A stretch of DNA of 62,209 nt, taken from contig JAFSKT010000042.1 in assembly GCA_017448845.1 (NCBI GenBank), positions 1 to 62,209 on the forward strand. The letters are read 5' to 3'. Shown here piece after piece: positions 30,892 to 40,426 of the stretch. The first letter of the stretch is position 1. Every line of letters starts with the position of its first letter. The position numbers and the translations under genes are program-made. Source of the DNA: Lachnospiraceae bacterium (GTDB taxonomy: Bacteria; Bacillota; Clostridia; Lachnospirales; Lachnospiraceae). Below the pieces are notes generated by a model that was not told the DNA's origin, did not search any database, and was given only the letters and a program-made list of their open reading frames with translations.

Positions 30892-32340
30892 TTACTTCCA
30901 GTTCTCGTCGCCAGCGGCCTCTGCTAACTGGGCCCTTCTCTCATCTATGCCCTTCAGCACGTCCTCACTGGTCATATCGCCGATGAACATTGCTGCGAGA
31001 TCCGCATTTATATCCATCCACTGCTCGTTGAAGTAGAGCACCACATCCTGAAGCACCATTCCTGAATGGTCATCATCATAGGAGTTAAGGAAATCAAGGG
31101 TGGTCTTTGAATACTCGGGGGTCTGTCCTACTTCTACGGGGATATTCTCCACGTCCGCCGCATTGTCGATAAGGTACTGCACATTATCCTTCTCAAGAAG
31201 GAAGCTTAAGTACTGCTTTGCGGCATCTATATTCTTAGAGCCTGAATAGATGAAGCGTGAAGGGCCGGTAGGATGGATGTTAAGGTACTGGTTGTCACAT
31301 ATAGGGAACAGGAAAAGACCAAAGTCATCCTCTGTATAGCCTGCGGTATTAAGGTCGCTCTCAACGATCTTCTTTATGGAACCGGGCTTAAGGCAGCACA
31401 TTGCAAATTCCCCGCTTGCCAGGTATCCTTCAGCATCAGCGAACTCGTCACTCATGTAGTTGTCCCCTAAGTATCCGCTTGTTGCGAGGGTATTGAGCTG
31501 GTCAACCGCAAGCTTCATATTCGCGTTTTCAGCAAAGGTGGTTTCATTTTTATTCAGCTTGTCGATGATGCCGGGCTCCTGCTTGTCATGGACCTGGGCG
31601 CTTTCCGTCCAGAGCATGAGGAGATGCCATCCGTCAGCCAGGGGCTCATACAGGGGAGTAACGCCGCTTGCAAGGAGCTTGTCACAGGCATCGGTAAACT
31701 CGTTAAAGGTGGTGGGAACCTTGGCCCCTGCTGCCTCGAAGAGCTTTTTATTATATACGATGTAATAATCCGTCGTTGTATCGTAATAGGTAAGGCCGTA
31801 GTTCTTGCCGTCAACCCCGGTCTGGGCTGCGGAGAACTGGCTGTAGGATGACATCCAGGGCTCATTTGAAAGGTCAACCGCATTCTCTTCAACCTTATAA
31901 GTGGTTTTTAATGCGAAGCCTGACTGGGCTCCCCATATATCCGGCCCTTCGCCGCTGTTTAACCTGGTGAGGAGAAGGTCCTGGTACTGGTCAGCGGGAA
32001 CGATCTGGTAATCAACGTGGATACCGGTCTCTTCTTCAAATTTCTTGCCCAGTTCCTGCTCTGCATCTTCAACCCAGTCCTGGCTTGCCATTACAGTAAT
32101 GGTGGTCCCGGCTGCGGATGAATCGGAAGCTGCAGGCTCGCTTTCTTCTGCGGCTGCGCTTTCAGCGGGAGCAGCTGATGTGTCAGCTGAAGTGTCTGCG
32201 TTTCCTGCGTCTGCGGGAGCTGCTGCGCTGTCGGCGGCACTGCCCGTAGCTGCCGCTGACATATCCCCGCCGCCGGCACAGGCGGTAAGGGAAGCGATAA
32301 GCGTTGCGCTAAGTAAAAGTGACAAAATTTTCTTTTTCAT
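30892..32340 (-). CDS. Sugar ABC transporter substrate-binding lipoprotein
   Basis: Lipobox LTAC, Ala/Ser-rich linker, YNKKLFEAAG..VPTT; next to two permeases. Confidence 0.92.
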   Translation of the reverse strand: MKKKILSLLLSATLIASLTACAGGGDMSAAATGSAADSAAAPADAGNADTSADTSAAPAESAAAEESEPAASDSSAAGTTITVMASQDWVEDAEQELGKKFEEETGIHVDYQIVPADQYQDLLLTRLNSGEGPDIWGAQSGFALKTTYKVEENAVDLSNEPWMSSYSQFSAAQTGVDGKNYGLTYYDTTTDYYIVYNKKLFEAAGAKVPTTFNEFTDACDKLLASGVTPLYEPLADGWHLLMLWTESAQVHDKQEPGIIDKLNKNETTFAENANMKLAVDQLNTLATSGYLGDNYMSDEFADAEGYLASGEFAMCCLKPGSIKKIVESDLNTAGYTEDDFGLFLFPICDNQYLNIHPTGPSRFIYSGSKNIDAAKQYLSFLLEKDNVQYLIDNAADVENIPVEVGQTPEYSKTTLDFLNSYDDDHSGMVLQDVVLYFNEQWMDINADLAAMFIGDMTSEDVLKGIDERRAQLAEAAGDENWK

Positions 32341-32384
32341 GTTTTTCCTCCTTTTGAAAAAATGTATTGTTAATGGATTTCCGT

Positions 32385-32425
32385 CCGTATCTGTTCAGAA
32401 CCCCGTGGTTTCTGAACAGATACGG
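32385..32425. other. Perfect 16-bp stem-loop in the permease-SBP spacer
   Basis: CCGTATCTGTTCAGAA-9 nt-TTCTGAACAGATACGG, no U-tract. Confidence 0.7.
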
Positions 32426-32526
32426 CGCATTCGGCCATTAGAAATCGCACTTCGTCCCTCGCCGGGCGGCATCCCACATCAAAGATGAGGGATAAGGGAT
32501 GGGCCGAAAGGTAAAATGTCCGGTTT

Positions 32527-33360
32527 TCATCCCTTTACGGCCCCTGCGGTCTGTCCTCCAACGATATACTTCTGGCAAAGGAGATAGAGTATCAGTACCG
32601 GTGCGCAGGTCAGGATGACATCGGAGCATATAAGGTTCCATTTCATCTCATACTGCCCGAAGAAATTGTAGATTGCCAGGGTCATGGGCCACTTTTCCGA
32701 GCTGTGCAGGAAGTAGAGGGGCATCATGAATTCGTTCCAGCAGTTAAGGAAGCAGAGGACCCCTGCCGTGATCACGGCGCTCTTTAACATCGGGAATATG
32801 ATCCTCACATATAGCGCCAATGGCGAGCAGCCGTCTATTATCGCAGCCTCGTCAAGCTCAACCGGTATCTTGGACACGAAGCCGTAAATAAGGAACACGG
32901 TAAAGGGCGTCTGCATTGCCATGTATAACAGGATGATGCCGAGGGAGGTATTGGTAAGCCCCAGGGTTATCATGGTCTTTGTCAGCGTAACGTAATTTAC
33001 CGGTATCACCATCCCAAGGACCACATACATATAAAGCGCCCCCATGCCCTTTGAACGCCTGCGGGAAAATACGTAGGCAGCCATGGCCCCGAAAAAGACC
33101 GTTATGAGGGTCCCGGCCCCGGCATAGAGCATGCTGTTAAAGAAGCTTCTCATGAGCTTCCCTTTTTCAATGACCGTAGAGAAGTTTGAAACTATCCACT
33201 CCTTAGGAAGCTGAAGGTTCATATTGAGGGTCTCGCCGTCAGCCTTGAAGGCGTTTAATATCACGAGAAGCAGCGGTATTATAACCAGCATCGATGCGAA
33301 CCACGCAAGGACGTTTTTCAGGAGTATCTGCACGAATTTGTTTTTTGAAGTATATACCAT
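32527..33360 (-). CDS. Carbohydrate ABC permease (MalG-like)
   Basis: EAA motif ELDEAAIIDGC, WNEF. Confidence 0.93.
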   Translation of the reverse strand: MVYTSKNKFVQILLKNVLAWFASMLVIIPLLLVILNAFKADGETLNMNLQLPKEWIVSNFSTVIEKGKLMRSFFNSMLYAGAGTLITVFFGAMAAYVFSRRRSKGMGALYMYVVLGMVIPVNYVTLTKTMITLGLTNTSLGIILLYMAMQTPFTVFLIYGFVSKIPVELDEAAIIDGCSPLALYVRIIFPMLKSAVITAGVLCFLNCWNEFMMPLYFLHSSEKWPMTLAIYNFFGQYEMKWNLICSDVILTCAPVLILYLLCQKYIVGGQTAGAVKG

Positions 33361-33431
33361 GGTTTTTTCCTCCTGGGACCCTTTATGCTTCTAATCTCCG
33401 GTTTTGTCAGGGACCCCGTTAAAAAGCAGCG

Positions 33432-34307
33432 TCACTCAACCACTTCGTCCTTCGTCAGTATCTTTACCATAAAGAAGCCGATTATCACCATGAAGATAAA
33501 GAGTACCGAACTAATGGTGGTCCCTTCCGCATAGAGGCCCTTGCTCATCATCTTGTAAACAGCGGTATAAAGCACCTCCGTCCTGTGGCCCGGACCCCCG
33601 TTTGTAAGGGCATAGACCATATCGAAGATCTTTAAGCCGTATATGACATTTAACACTATGGTCACCGCCAGGGTCTGGCGGAGCATGGGCAGCGTGATAA
33701 ACTTAAACCTCTGCCATGCATTGGCCCCGTCTATGGCCGCCGCTTCAAAATAAATATCGGGGATGGCAAGGATCCCTGCTATGAGAAGGGTCATGATGTA
33801 TCCGGTGCCCCTCCATATATCCACGGCCATTACCGTGCCGAAAGCCAGGTTCGGATCCACGAGCCATTTCTGTGCAAGCACCTCAAGCCCGATTGCGCGG
33901 AGAAAGGTATTTAAGAATCCTGTCTTGGGATTAAGTATGGATTTGAAAACCAGGCCTGTTACAAGGATAGGCAGGACCGAAGGCATATAGAGCATTCCCC
34001 GGTGGAAATTCTTTATCTTAATATTCCGGCTTAAGGCCACTGCAAAAAGCAGCCCTAAAAAGGTCTTCGCCGTTGTCGTCACTACGGTGAACCATAAGGT
34101 GTTGGTGATGTACTTTATATAATCGTTTTCACCTGAAAAAACGGCAATGAAGTTCTTAAATCCTACGAAATTGAGATAAGGAGAATATGCCGACCAGTCC
34201 GTAAAGCTGTAGCCTATACCCAGAAGCCCCGGGATGACGCTTAACACGGTATAGATAAGTACTGAAACTATTGCAAAGTACCACGGATAGACTTTTGATT
34301 TCTGCAT
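33432..34307 (-). CDS. Carbohydrate ABC permease (MalF-like)
   Basis: SFTDW..FVGFKNF, EAAAIDGA, TNGGPG. Confidence 0.93.
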   Translation of the reverse strand: MQKSKVYPWYFAIVSVLIYTVLSVIPGLLGIGYSFTDWSAYSPYLNFVGFKNFIAVFSGENDYIKYITNTLWFTVVTTTAKTFLGLLFAVALSRNIKIKNFHRGMLYMPSVLPILVTGLVFKSILNPKTGFLNTFLRAIGLEVLAQKWLVDPNLAFGTVMAVDIWRGTGYIMTLLIAGILAIPDIYFEAAAIDGANAWQRFKFITLPMLRQTLAVTIVLNVIYGLKIFDMVYALTNGGPGHRTEVLYTAVYKMMSKGLYAEGTTISSVLFIFMVIIGFFMVKILTKDEVVE

Positions 34308-34373
34308 GGCCTTTCCCCCGATCAAGGCTCCACGCCGTTAAAGCAGCATGGATAAAGTATGGTATAAGCATAA

Positions 34374-34388
34374 GCGAAACGTTTCACA
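34374..34388. promoter_or_regulatory. LacI/CcpA-type operator-like palindrome upstream of the sugar ABC operon
   Basis: GC-GAAACGTTTC-ACA, central CG palindrome typical of LacI-family sites. Confidence 0.45.
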
Positions 34389-34452
34389 TTCTCCATGCAG
34401 AGATTTGTCAGTCTTTTGTACTTTTTTAACCTCCTGTACCCTTCCGGCCACG

Positions 34453-34481
34453 TTTACAAAAACGCTTTAATCTGTTACCAT
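34453..34481 (+). promoter_or_regulatory. Putative promoter of amino-acid ABC operon
   Basis: TTTACA-17 nt-TACCAT with extended -10 TG. Confidence 0.5.
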
Positions 34482-34528
34482 ACAAAAGCGGTATTTTTGA
34501 ATAATGAATTTAAGGAGAATTTGATCTT

Positions 34529-35317
34529 ATGAAAAAGACAGTATGTATGGTTTTAACATTGATCACAGTTTCTGCCCTTGTTTTCTCAGGCTGCGGGAAG
34601 CCGCAGGGCAAAACCGGCGGGGATACCTTTACAGTTGGTTTTGACCAGGACTTCCCTCCCATGGGATTCGTGGGAGAGGACGGTGAGTTCACGGGCTTTG
34701 ACCTGGACCTGGCAGCGGAAGCCGCAAAGAGAATGGGAAAGACCGTTGTATACCAGCCTATCGCCTGGGACAGTAAGGACGCAGAGCTTGATTCCGGCAC
34801 CATCGACTGCATCTGGAACGGCTTCACCATCAGCGGAAGAGAGGATTCCTACACCTGGTCCGACGCTTATATGGAGAACAGCCAGGTATTTGTTGTAAAG
34901 AAGGATTCCGGCATCAATACCGCAGCGGATCTTGCAGGAAAGATCGTTGAAGTGCAGGCTGATTCTTCAGCGGAAGCAGCACTTAAGGAGGGTGAAAACG
35001 CAGCTCTCGCCGCTACCTTCGGTACAATGCAGACAACTCCCGACTATGATACAGCACTTATGGATCTTGATATGGGAACAGTTGATGCGGTAGCCATGGA
35101 CAGCACCGTTGCCGAGTATAAGATCACCAGCGGCGGTATGGACCTTAAGGTTCTGGATGAGCCCTTCGCATCAGAGACCTACGGCGTAGGATTTAAGAAG
35201 GGAAATGAGGCTTTAAGGGATGAAGTCAACAATACCCTTAAGGAAATGGCAAAAGACGGCACATTAAAGAAGATATCCGAGAAGTGGTTCGGAACAGACG
35301 TTACGATCATTAAGTAA
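34529..35317 (+). CDS. Polar amino acid ABC substrate-binding lipoprotein
   Basis: Lipobox FSGC, FPPMGF, GFDLDLA, IDCIWNG. Confidence 0.93.
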   Translation: MKKTVCMVLTLITVSALVFSGCGKPQGKTGGDTFTVGFDQDFPPMGFVGEDGEFTGFDLDLAAEAAKRMGKTVVYQPIAWDSKDAELDSGTIDCIWNGFTISGREDSYTWSDAYMENSQVFVVKKDSGINTAADLAGKIVEVQADSSAEAALKEGENAALAATFGTMQTTPDYDTALMDLDMGTVDAVAMDSTVAEYKITSGGMDLKVLDEPFASETYGVGFKKGNEALRDEVNNTLKEMAKDGTLKKISEKWFGTDVTIIK

Positions 35318-35322
35318 AACAT

Positions 35323-35973
35323 ATGTCTATCTTACAGATTTTTCAACTACTGGCAGAAGGAATGGGGGTCAGCATATATATCTTTGTGGTGACCCTCCTC
35401 TTTTCACTGCCTCTGGGTCTTCTCGTATCCTTTGGGAGGATGAGCAAGAACCCCATAGTATCCGGGATATTTAAGATCTATATCTCTGTGATGAGGGGAA
35501 CGCCCCTTATGCTGCAGCTCATGGTGGTCTATTTCGGGCCTTATTATATCTTCGGGATACATGTGAGCAACAGTTACAGGATAGTGGCGGCCCTTATCGG
35601 TTTCGTCATAAACTATGCGGCCTATTTCGCGGAGATATACAGGGGCGGCATACAGTCCATGGACAGGGGACAGTATGAAGCTGCCGAGGTTTTGGGCTAT
35701 TCAAAGAGCCAGACCTTTTTTATCATCATTCTTCCCCAGGTCATAAAGAGGATACTGCCTCCGGTCACAAACGAGGTGATAACCCTGGTAAAGGATACGT
35801 CCCTTGCTTTCACCATAAGTGTGGCGGAGATGTTTACCACTGCAAAGGCACTGGCAAGTTCCCAGACCAGCATGATGCCCTTTGTGGCAGCGGCCATTTT
35901 TTACTATGTCTTTAACTTTGTAGTGGCCTATGTAATGGAATTCTTTGAAAAGAAATTATCGTATTACAGGTAA
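35323..35973 (+). CDS. Polar amino acid ABC permease
   Basis: RGTPLMLQL, AEIYRGGI, LVKDTSL. Confidence 0.94.
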   Translation: MSILQIFQLLAEGMGVSIYIFVVTLLFSLPLGLLVSFGRMSKNPIVSGIFKIYISVMRGTPLMLQLMVVYFGPYYIFGIHVSNSYRIVAALIGFVINYAAYFAEIYRGGIQSMDRGQYEAAEVLGYSKSQTFFIIILPQVIKRILPPVTNEVITLVKDTSLAFTISVAEMFTTAKALASSQTSMMPFVAAAIFYYVFNFVVAYVMEFFEKKLSYYR

Positions 35974-35983
35974 GGTACAATAG

Positions 35984-36742
35984 ATGCCAATTCTCACATG
36001 TGAAAAAATAAAGAAATCCTTTGGGGGAACGGAAGTATTAAAGAGTATTTCACTGGAGGTGGAAAAGGGAGAGATCCTTTCCATTATCGGGCCCTCGGGT
36101 TCCGGAAAATCCACCTTCCTCCGCTGTGCCACCGGTCTTGAAAGGATAGACGGGGGCAGGATAGTCTATGACGGCCTTGTCTATGCGGATACAAAGGACG
36201 GGGTGCCGGTCTACGCTTCAAAGGAAGAGGAAAAGAAGATCAAAGCCCTGTTCGGCCTGGTATTCCAGAACTTCAATCTCTTTCCCCATTTTTCCGTGTT
36301 GGAAAATATAATGGACGCCCCGGTGAGGGTGCAGAAGAGGGATAAAAATGAAGTAAGGGAAGAGGCGGAGGCTCTCCTTAAAAAGATGGGCCTTACGGAG
36401 AGAAAGGATGCATACCCTTGCGAGCTTTCCGGCGGACAGTCCCAGAGAGTTGCCATCGCAAGAGCCCTGGCGCTGAACCCTCAGATACTGTTTTTCGACG
36501 AACCCACATCGGCACTGGATCCCGAGCTTACGGGAGAAGTGCTTAAGGTAATAAGATCCCTTTCTGACCTCCATATAGCGATGGTGATCGTGACCCACGA
36601 GATGGCTTTTGCAAGGGAAATAAGCAATGAAGTGATCTTCATGGAAAACGGGGTCATCGTAGAACAGGGAAGCCCTGAAAAAGTCTTTAATTCCGAAAAT
36701 GAACGTATGAAGTCATTCCTCGGAAGGTATCAGGAACATTGA
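35984..36742 (+). CDS. Polar amino acid ABC ATP-binding protein
   Basis: GPSGSGKS, FQNFNLFPH, LSGGQ, DEPTSALDPE, THEM. Confidence 0.95.
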   Translation: MPILTCEKIKKSFGGTEVLKSISLEVEKGEILSIIGPSGSGKSTFLRCATGLERIDGGRIVYDGLVYADTKDGVPVYASKEEEKKIKALFGLVFQNFNLFPHFSVLENIMDAPVRVQKRDKNEVREEAEALLKKMGLTERKDAYPCELSGGQSQRVAIARALALNPQILFFDEPTSALDPELTGEVLKVIRSLSDLHIAMVIVTHEMAFAREISNEVIFMENGVIVEQGSPEKVFNSENERMKSFLGRYQEH

Positions 36743-36743
36743 C

Positions 36744-37667
36744 ATGAGTGACGCAATACTTGATGCAGCTCTTGATTCGTTTAAGATGCTGCCATTTCTT
36801 ATAATAACCTATCTCTTTATGGAGTATCTTGAAACCCACGCTTCGGGAAAGATATCGGAAGCAGTTAAGAATTCCGGAAGGCTGGGGCCGGTGATCGGCG
36901 GCATTGCAGGGATCGCCCCTCAGTGCGGCTTTTCCACAGCGGCTTCAAACCTCTATGCGGGGAAAGTTATAACCGCAGGCACCCTTCTTGCCATCTTTTT
37001 ATCTACCTCTGACGAGATGCTGCCCCTCTTTATCTCTGAGCAGGTGGAGGTCCATAAGATAGCGCTCATACTTATCATGAAGGCGGGGATAGGTATCTTT
37101 TTCGGACTGCTCTTTGACTTCATGAGAAAGAATGTATTCAAAAAAGAGCCGGAGGCCATGGATATCCACAGCCTCTGCGTAAGGGAGGACTGCCACTGTG
37201 ACGAAGGAGAGCCGGGATTTAAGGATATGAAGGAGGTTCTGGACCTCAAGCACCATGACCACGGTAAAAACCACGGTATCGTTAAGCCTGCCTTAAGGCA
37301 CAGTATCAAGATCTTTTTCTTTATCCTCATAGTCACGGTATTAATAAATATAGCTGTAGAGGTCCTTGGAGAGGACAGCATTAAGAACTTCTTAAATGAA
37401 GGGGGCATACTCATTCATTTTGCGGCAGGGCTTATTGGCCTCATCCCCAACTGCGCGGCCTCTGTATTTCTTACGGAATTCTATCTTGACGGGATCATCG
37501 GCTTCGGCCCCATGATGTCGGGACTTCTCTGCGGTGCCGGTCTGGGACTATTAGTTCTTTTCAGGGTAAATAACGACCTAAAAAAGAACTTAAGCCTTCT
37601 CGGCATTCTCTATTCCTGCGGGGTATTCTCCGGAATTATATTAGACATACTGAATATTTCCTTATGA
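36744..37667 (+). CDS. Putative metal/metalloid permease (putative manganese transporter, DUF2899-like)
   Basis: PQCG, STSDE and PNC motifs, His/Cys-rich central loop, many TMs. Confidence 0.7.
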   Translation: MSDAILDAALDSFKMLPFLIITYLFMEYLETHASGKISEAVKNSGRLGPVIGGIAGIAPQCGFSTAASNLYAGKVITAGTLLAIFLSTSDEMLPLFISEQVEVHKIALILIMKAGIGIFFGLLFDFMRKNVFKKEPEAMDIHSLCVREDCHCDEGEPGFKDMKEVLDLKHHDHGKNHGIVKPALRHSIKIFFFILIVTVLINIAVEVLGEDSIKNFLNEGGILIHFAAGLIGLIPNCAASVFLTEFYLDGIIGFGPMMSGLLCGAGLGLLVLFRVNNDLKKNLSLLGILYSCGVFSGIILDILNISL

Positions 37668-37756
37668 ATATCTTAATCTCCGTATTTTTATCCCTTTTTG
37701 TGCTATGATTTTACGAAACGACCGCTAAAGTCATGAAAGGAGCGGATCATAAGATC

Positions 37757-39301
37757 ATGGATAAAAGGATAATAAATGCTGCAATAGCAATACTGTTTTC
37801 CATCGCTATGATAGTCATATTGTTTACGGGCTGCGGCAAGGCGAAGGAAGATATAGTTACAAATAAGGATGAGTCGGCGGATATCATCGCGGAAAGCGAA
37901 CCGGACACTTCCCTTCCCACATCGGAAGAAGAGATCATAGATGAAGAAGAGGAAGAGGCTCCTTCAGAGGAAAAGACCGAGGAGAAAAGGGAAGAAGGCC
38001 AGGCCATATCCGATACCTTTGATCAGGGCGTTTCCTATATACTCCGTTCAGGCGGGGTGACTCCAGAGATCGACTACGAGACCATAAAGTATAAGGCAGC
38101 CGAGAGAGACAGTGAGCTGCAGGTCAATAAGAAAGCCCCGAAGGAAATAGAGGAGAGGCTTAAAGCGGATAAGGTAAAGAAGATCAGGATGCACCGCAGC
38201 GGAAACGGAGCCACCCTGGACTTTGATGTATATACGGATCCGGAGGAAGGGTATATCGATAAGATAGTATCCACGGAGTACGGCAGCGAAGGACGTGAGG
38301 TCACCGGTTTCTACTATAAGAACGGAGAACTCCTCTACACTTACAGGTATTTAGACGACCTGTACGGGATAAATGCGGATGACGCCAGGAAGAGCGGAGG
38401 ACAGAGGTGCTTCTTCGTCAATGATTTCCTCTCCGAGTGCTATGCAACCTACGGCGAATCCAATGAATCCGTGACTGCCGCATCCTATGATACGGTAAAT
38501 CCGGACATACAGAAGGAATATGACGATCTGGAAGCAGAGCTTATCAACAGGGCCTATGTGAATTACAACACCCTTAAGGATATCCCCTCCACGGCAAAGG
38601 TTTACGGCTATGTGGCGGATGAGTACGGCGGAACCCTTGCAAACACCAAGGTCACCATATCCAGCGAGGCAAACGGCTATAAGAAGAGCGTGATGACAAA
38701 CGGGGACGGATATTATGAATTTGTTGTTCCCATAAACACCGCCGACTGGTATAATATGCTTTTCGAGTACGGCGACTTTGCGGATTCAGAAGTGAATGAC
38801 ATCTGCATAAGGCCCAGGACCGTTGAGTATCCCATCGGGGTTACTTATATGGCACCGGAGGGAAATAACAAGCACGATAAAAAGACCTTCCTTTTAGACG
38901 TGACAAAGCAGTCCCCGGATAAGCTGAGGGAAGACCAGTATGAAGTGGTCTTAAGCTATAACACCGAGAAGATAAGCGGTCTTAAGCCCTTTACACTGGA
39001 TCTGAATTCCGGAAAATACGAGACCCATGACAACCAGATAATAACGGTTGACAGCGGCACGGATTACAAATATTTTGTAACCGACCAGGTCAACGGGAAA
39101 TCCGGAAATGACATGACAAACGATATGTCCCTTTCGGAAGTCCAGGTTAAAGTGTATAATAAGATCGGATTGGTCGCTTCCTTCCAGGTTCCCGTGGGAA
39201 ATTCCGGCGTGGTATGGGAAGTATTCGAAGTAAAGGGTTCGGAGATAATACCTTCAAACAACTATTATTTCCAGTCCGGAAAAAATATCTTCTTTAAGTA
39301 G
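37757..39301 (+). CDS. Lipoprotein with acidic linker, carboxypeptidase-regulatory-like domain and YfaP-like C-terminus
   Basis: Lipobox FTGC; VYGYVADEYG..LANTKV..TNGDGYYEF; start 37757 or 37733. Confidence 0.65.
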   Translation: MDKRIINAAIAILFSIAMIVILFTGCGKAKEDIVTNKDESADIIAESEPDTSLPTSEEEIIDEEEEEAPSEEKTEEKREEGQAISDTFDQGVSYILRSGGVTPEIDYETIKYKAAERDSELQVNKKAPKEIEERLKADKVKKIRMHRSGNGATLDFDVYTDPEEGYIDKIVSTEYGSEGREVTGFYYKNGELLYTYRYLDDLYGINADDARKSGGQRCFFVNDFLSECYATYGESNESVTAASYDTVNPDIQKEYDDLEAELINRAYVNYNTLKDIPSTAKVYGYVADEYGGTLANTKVTISSEANGYKKSVMTNGDGYYEFVVPINTADWYNMLFEYGDFADSEVNDICIRPRTVEYPIGVTYMAPEGNNKHDKKTFLLDVTKQSPDKLREDQYEVVLSYNTEKISGLKPFTLDLNSGKYETHDNQIITVDSGTDYKYFVTDQVNGKSGNDMTNDMSLSEVQVKVYNKIGLVASFQVPVGNSGVVWEVFEVKGSEIIPSNNYYFQSGKNIFFK

Positions 39302-39327
39302 ATAAGATAAGGCAGCTTTATGGCTCC

Positions 39328-40365
39328 ATGGTTCGTATAAAGAGAATAAGAAAACGGAAGATCATTTTACTGGCCGCGGCAGGTGTGCTCACTGTCGCGG
39401 TTCTTGTGCTGCTTGCCTTTCTTTCTGTTTCCGCCGTTCTGAAGATGATGAAGGGAAATGCGGAAACAGCTGAAACTGTGGCAGAGGAGACGTTAAATAC
39501 CGCACCGGAGAATCCTCAGGAAAGCCTTCCGGAAACGACCGGTCAGGAAAATCCCGAGGAAACAGGCGGTGAGGAGAGCCATGCCGGGGAAGAAAAGCTT
39601 CTTTTATCCGGTAATTCCCTTAGCGTAAATGAAGCAGAGGATGGCCCGCCGGAGATCATTGACGATGATTCCCTGCAGGATATGAACTCCGTGGTGGAAA
39701 GCGAGATGGAGGATGACGACAATGTGCGGAAGGTTTATCTGACCTTCGATGACGGACCCTCTGTCTATACGGATGAAATACTTGATATCCTTAAAAAATA
39801 CGGGGTGAAGGCCACCTTTTTTGTCTGCGGTACCGGAGACGGCGATCCGGAGATCCGACATGTCTATAAAAGGATAGTGGATGAAGGTCACGCCATAGGT
39901 ATGCACTCCTATTCCCACGTGTATTCCAAGGTCTATGGGGATCTGGATCTCTTTCAGTATGACCTTGATAAAATACGCAATCTAATCTATAATGAGACAG
40001 GTGTTGTCCCTAAATATTACCGCTTTCCGGGAGGGAGCGGAAATACCATAGCATCCATCCCCATGGGCCAGTATATATCGGTTCTTTACAGTCAGGGAAT
40101 GGAATACTATGACTGGAATGTTTATGGAGGGGATTCTTCCGGCAACAGCCTTTCACCCTCGAAGATAGTGGAAAATACCCTGAACGGGGTGGACAGGCGG
40201 GATACGGCAGTGATACTTCTGCATGATACGGGAAGCAGAAGGAATACGGTGCTTGCATTGCCGGATATCATAGAGGGACTGTTGGACAGAGGTTTAAGCC
40301 CGAGTCCCATAGACGACGATACACCGCCGCTTCATCAGTTCGATGAAGCAAACGCCGAAAGATGA
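39328..40365 (+). CDS. Membrane-anchored polysaccharide deacetylase (CE4/NodB)
   Basis: TFDDGP, HSYSH, RFPGG, DWNV, LLHD; N-terminal TM. Confidence 0.92.
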   Translation: MVRIKRIRKRKIILLAAAGVLTVAVLVLLAFLSVSAVLKMMKGNAETAETVAEETLNTAPENPQESLPETTGQENPEETGGEESHAGEEKLLLSGNSLSVNEAEDGPPEIIDDDSLQDMNSVVESEMEDDDNVRKVYLTFDDGPSVYTDEILDILKKYGVKATFFVCGTGDGDPEIRHVYKRIVDEGHAIGMHSYSHVYSKVYGDLDLFQYDLDKIRNLIYNETGVVPKYYRFPGGSGNTIASIPMGQYISVLYSQGMEYYDWNVYGGDSSGNSLSPSKIVENTLNGVDRRDTAVILLHDTGSRRNTVLALPDIIEGLLDRGLSPSPIDDDTPPLHQFDEANAER

Positions 40366-40426
40366 CGGATTTATCGGAATACTGTCGTTCTTTGGCAACA
40401 AACATACGATCATAAGGAGGATTCAG

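Noticed and set aside
34494-34512. ArgR box before the amino-acid ABC operon
   Set aside because: Only the TGAAT half-site matches, in AT-rich sequence
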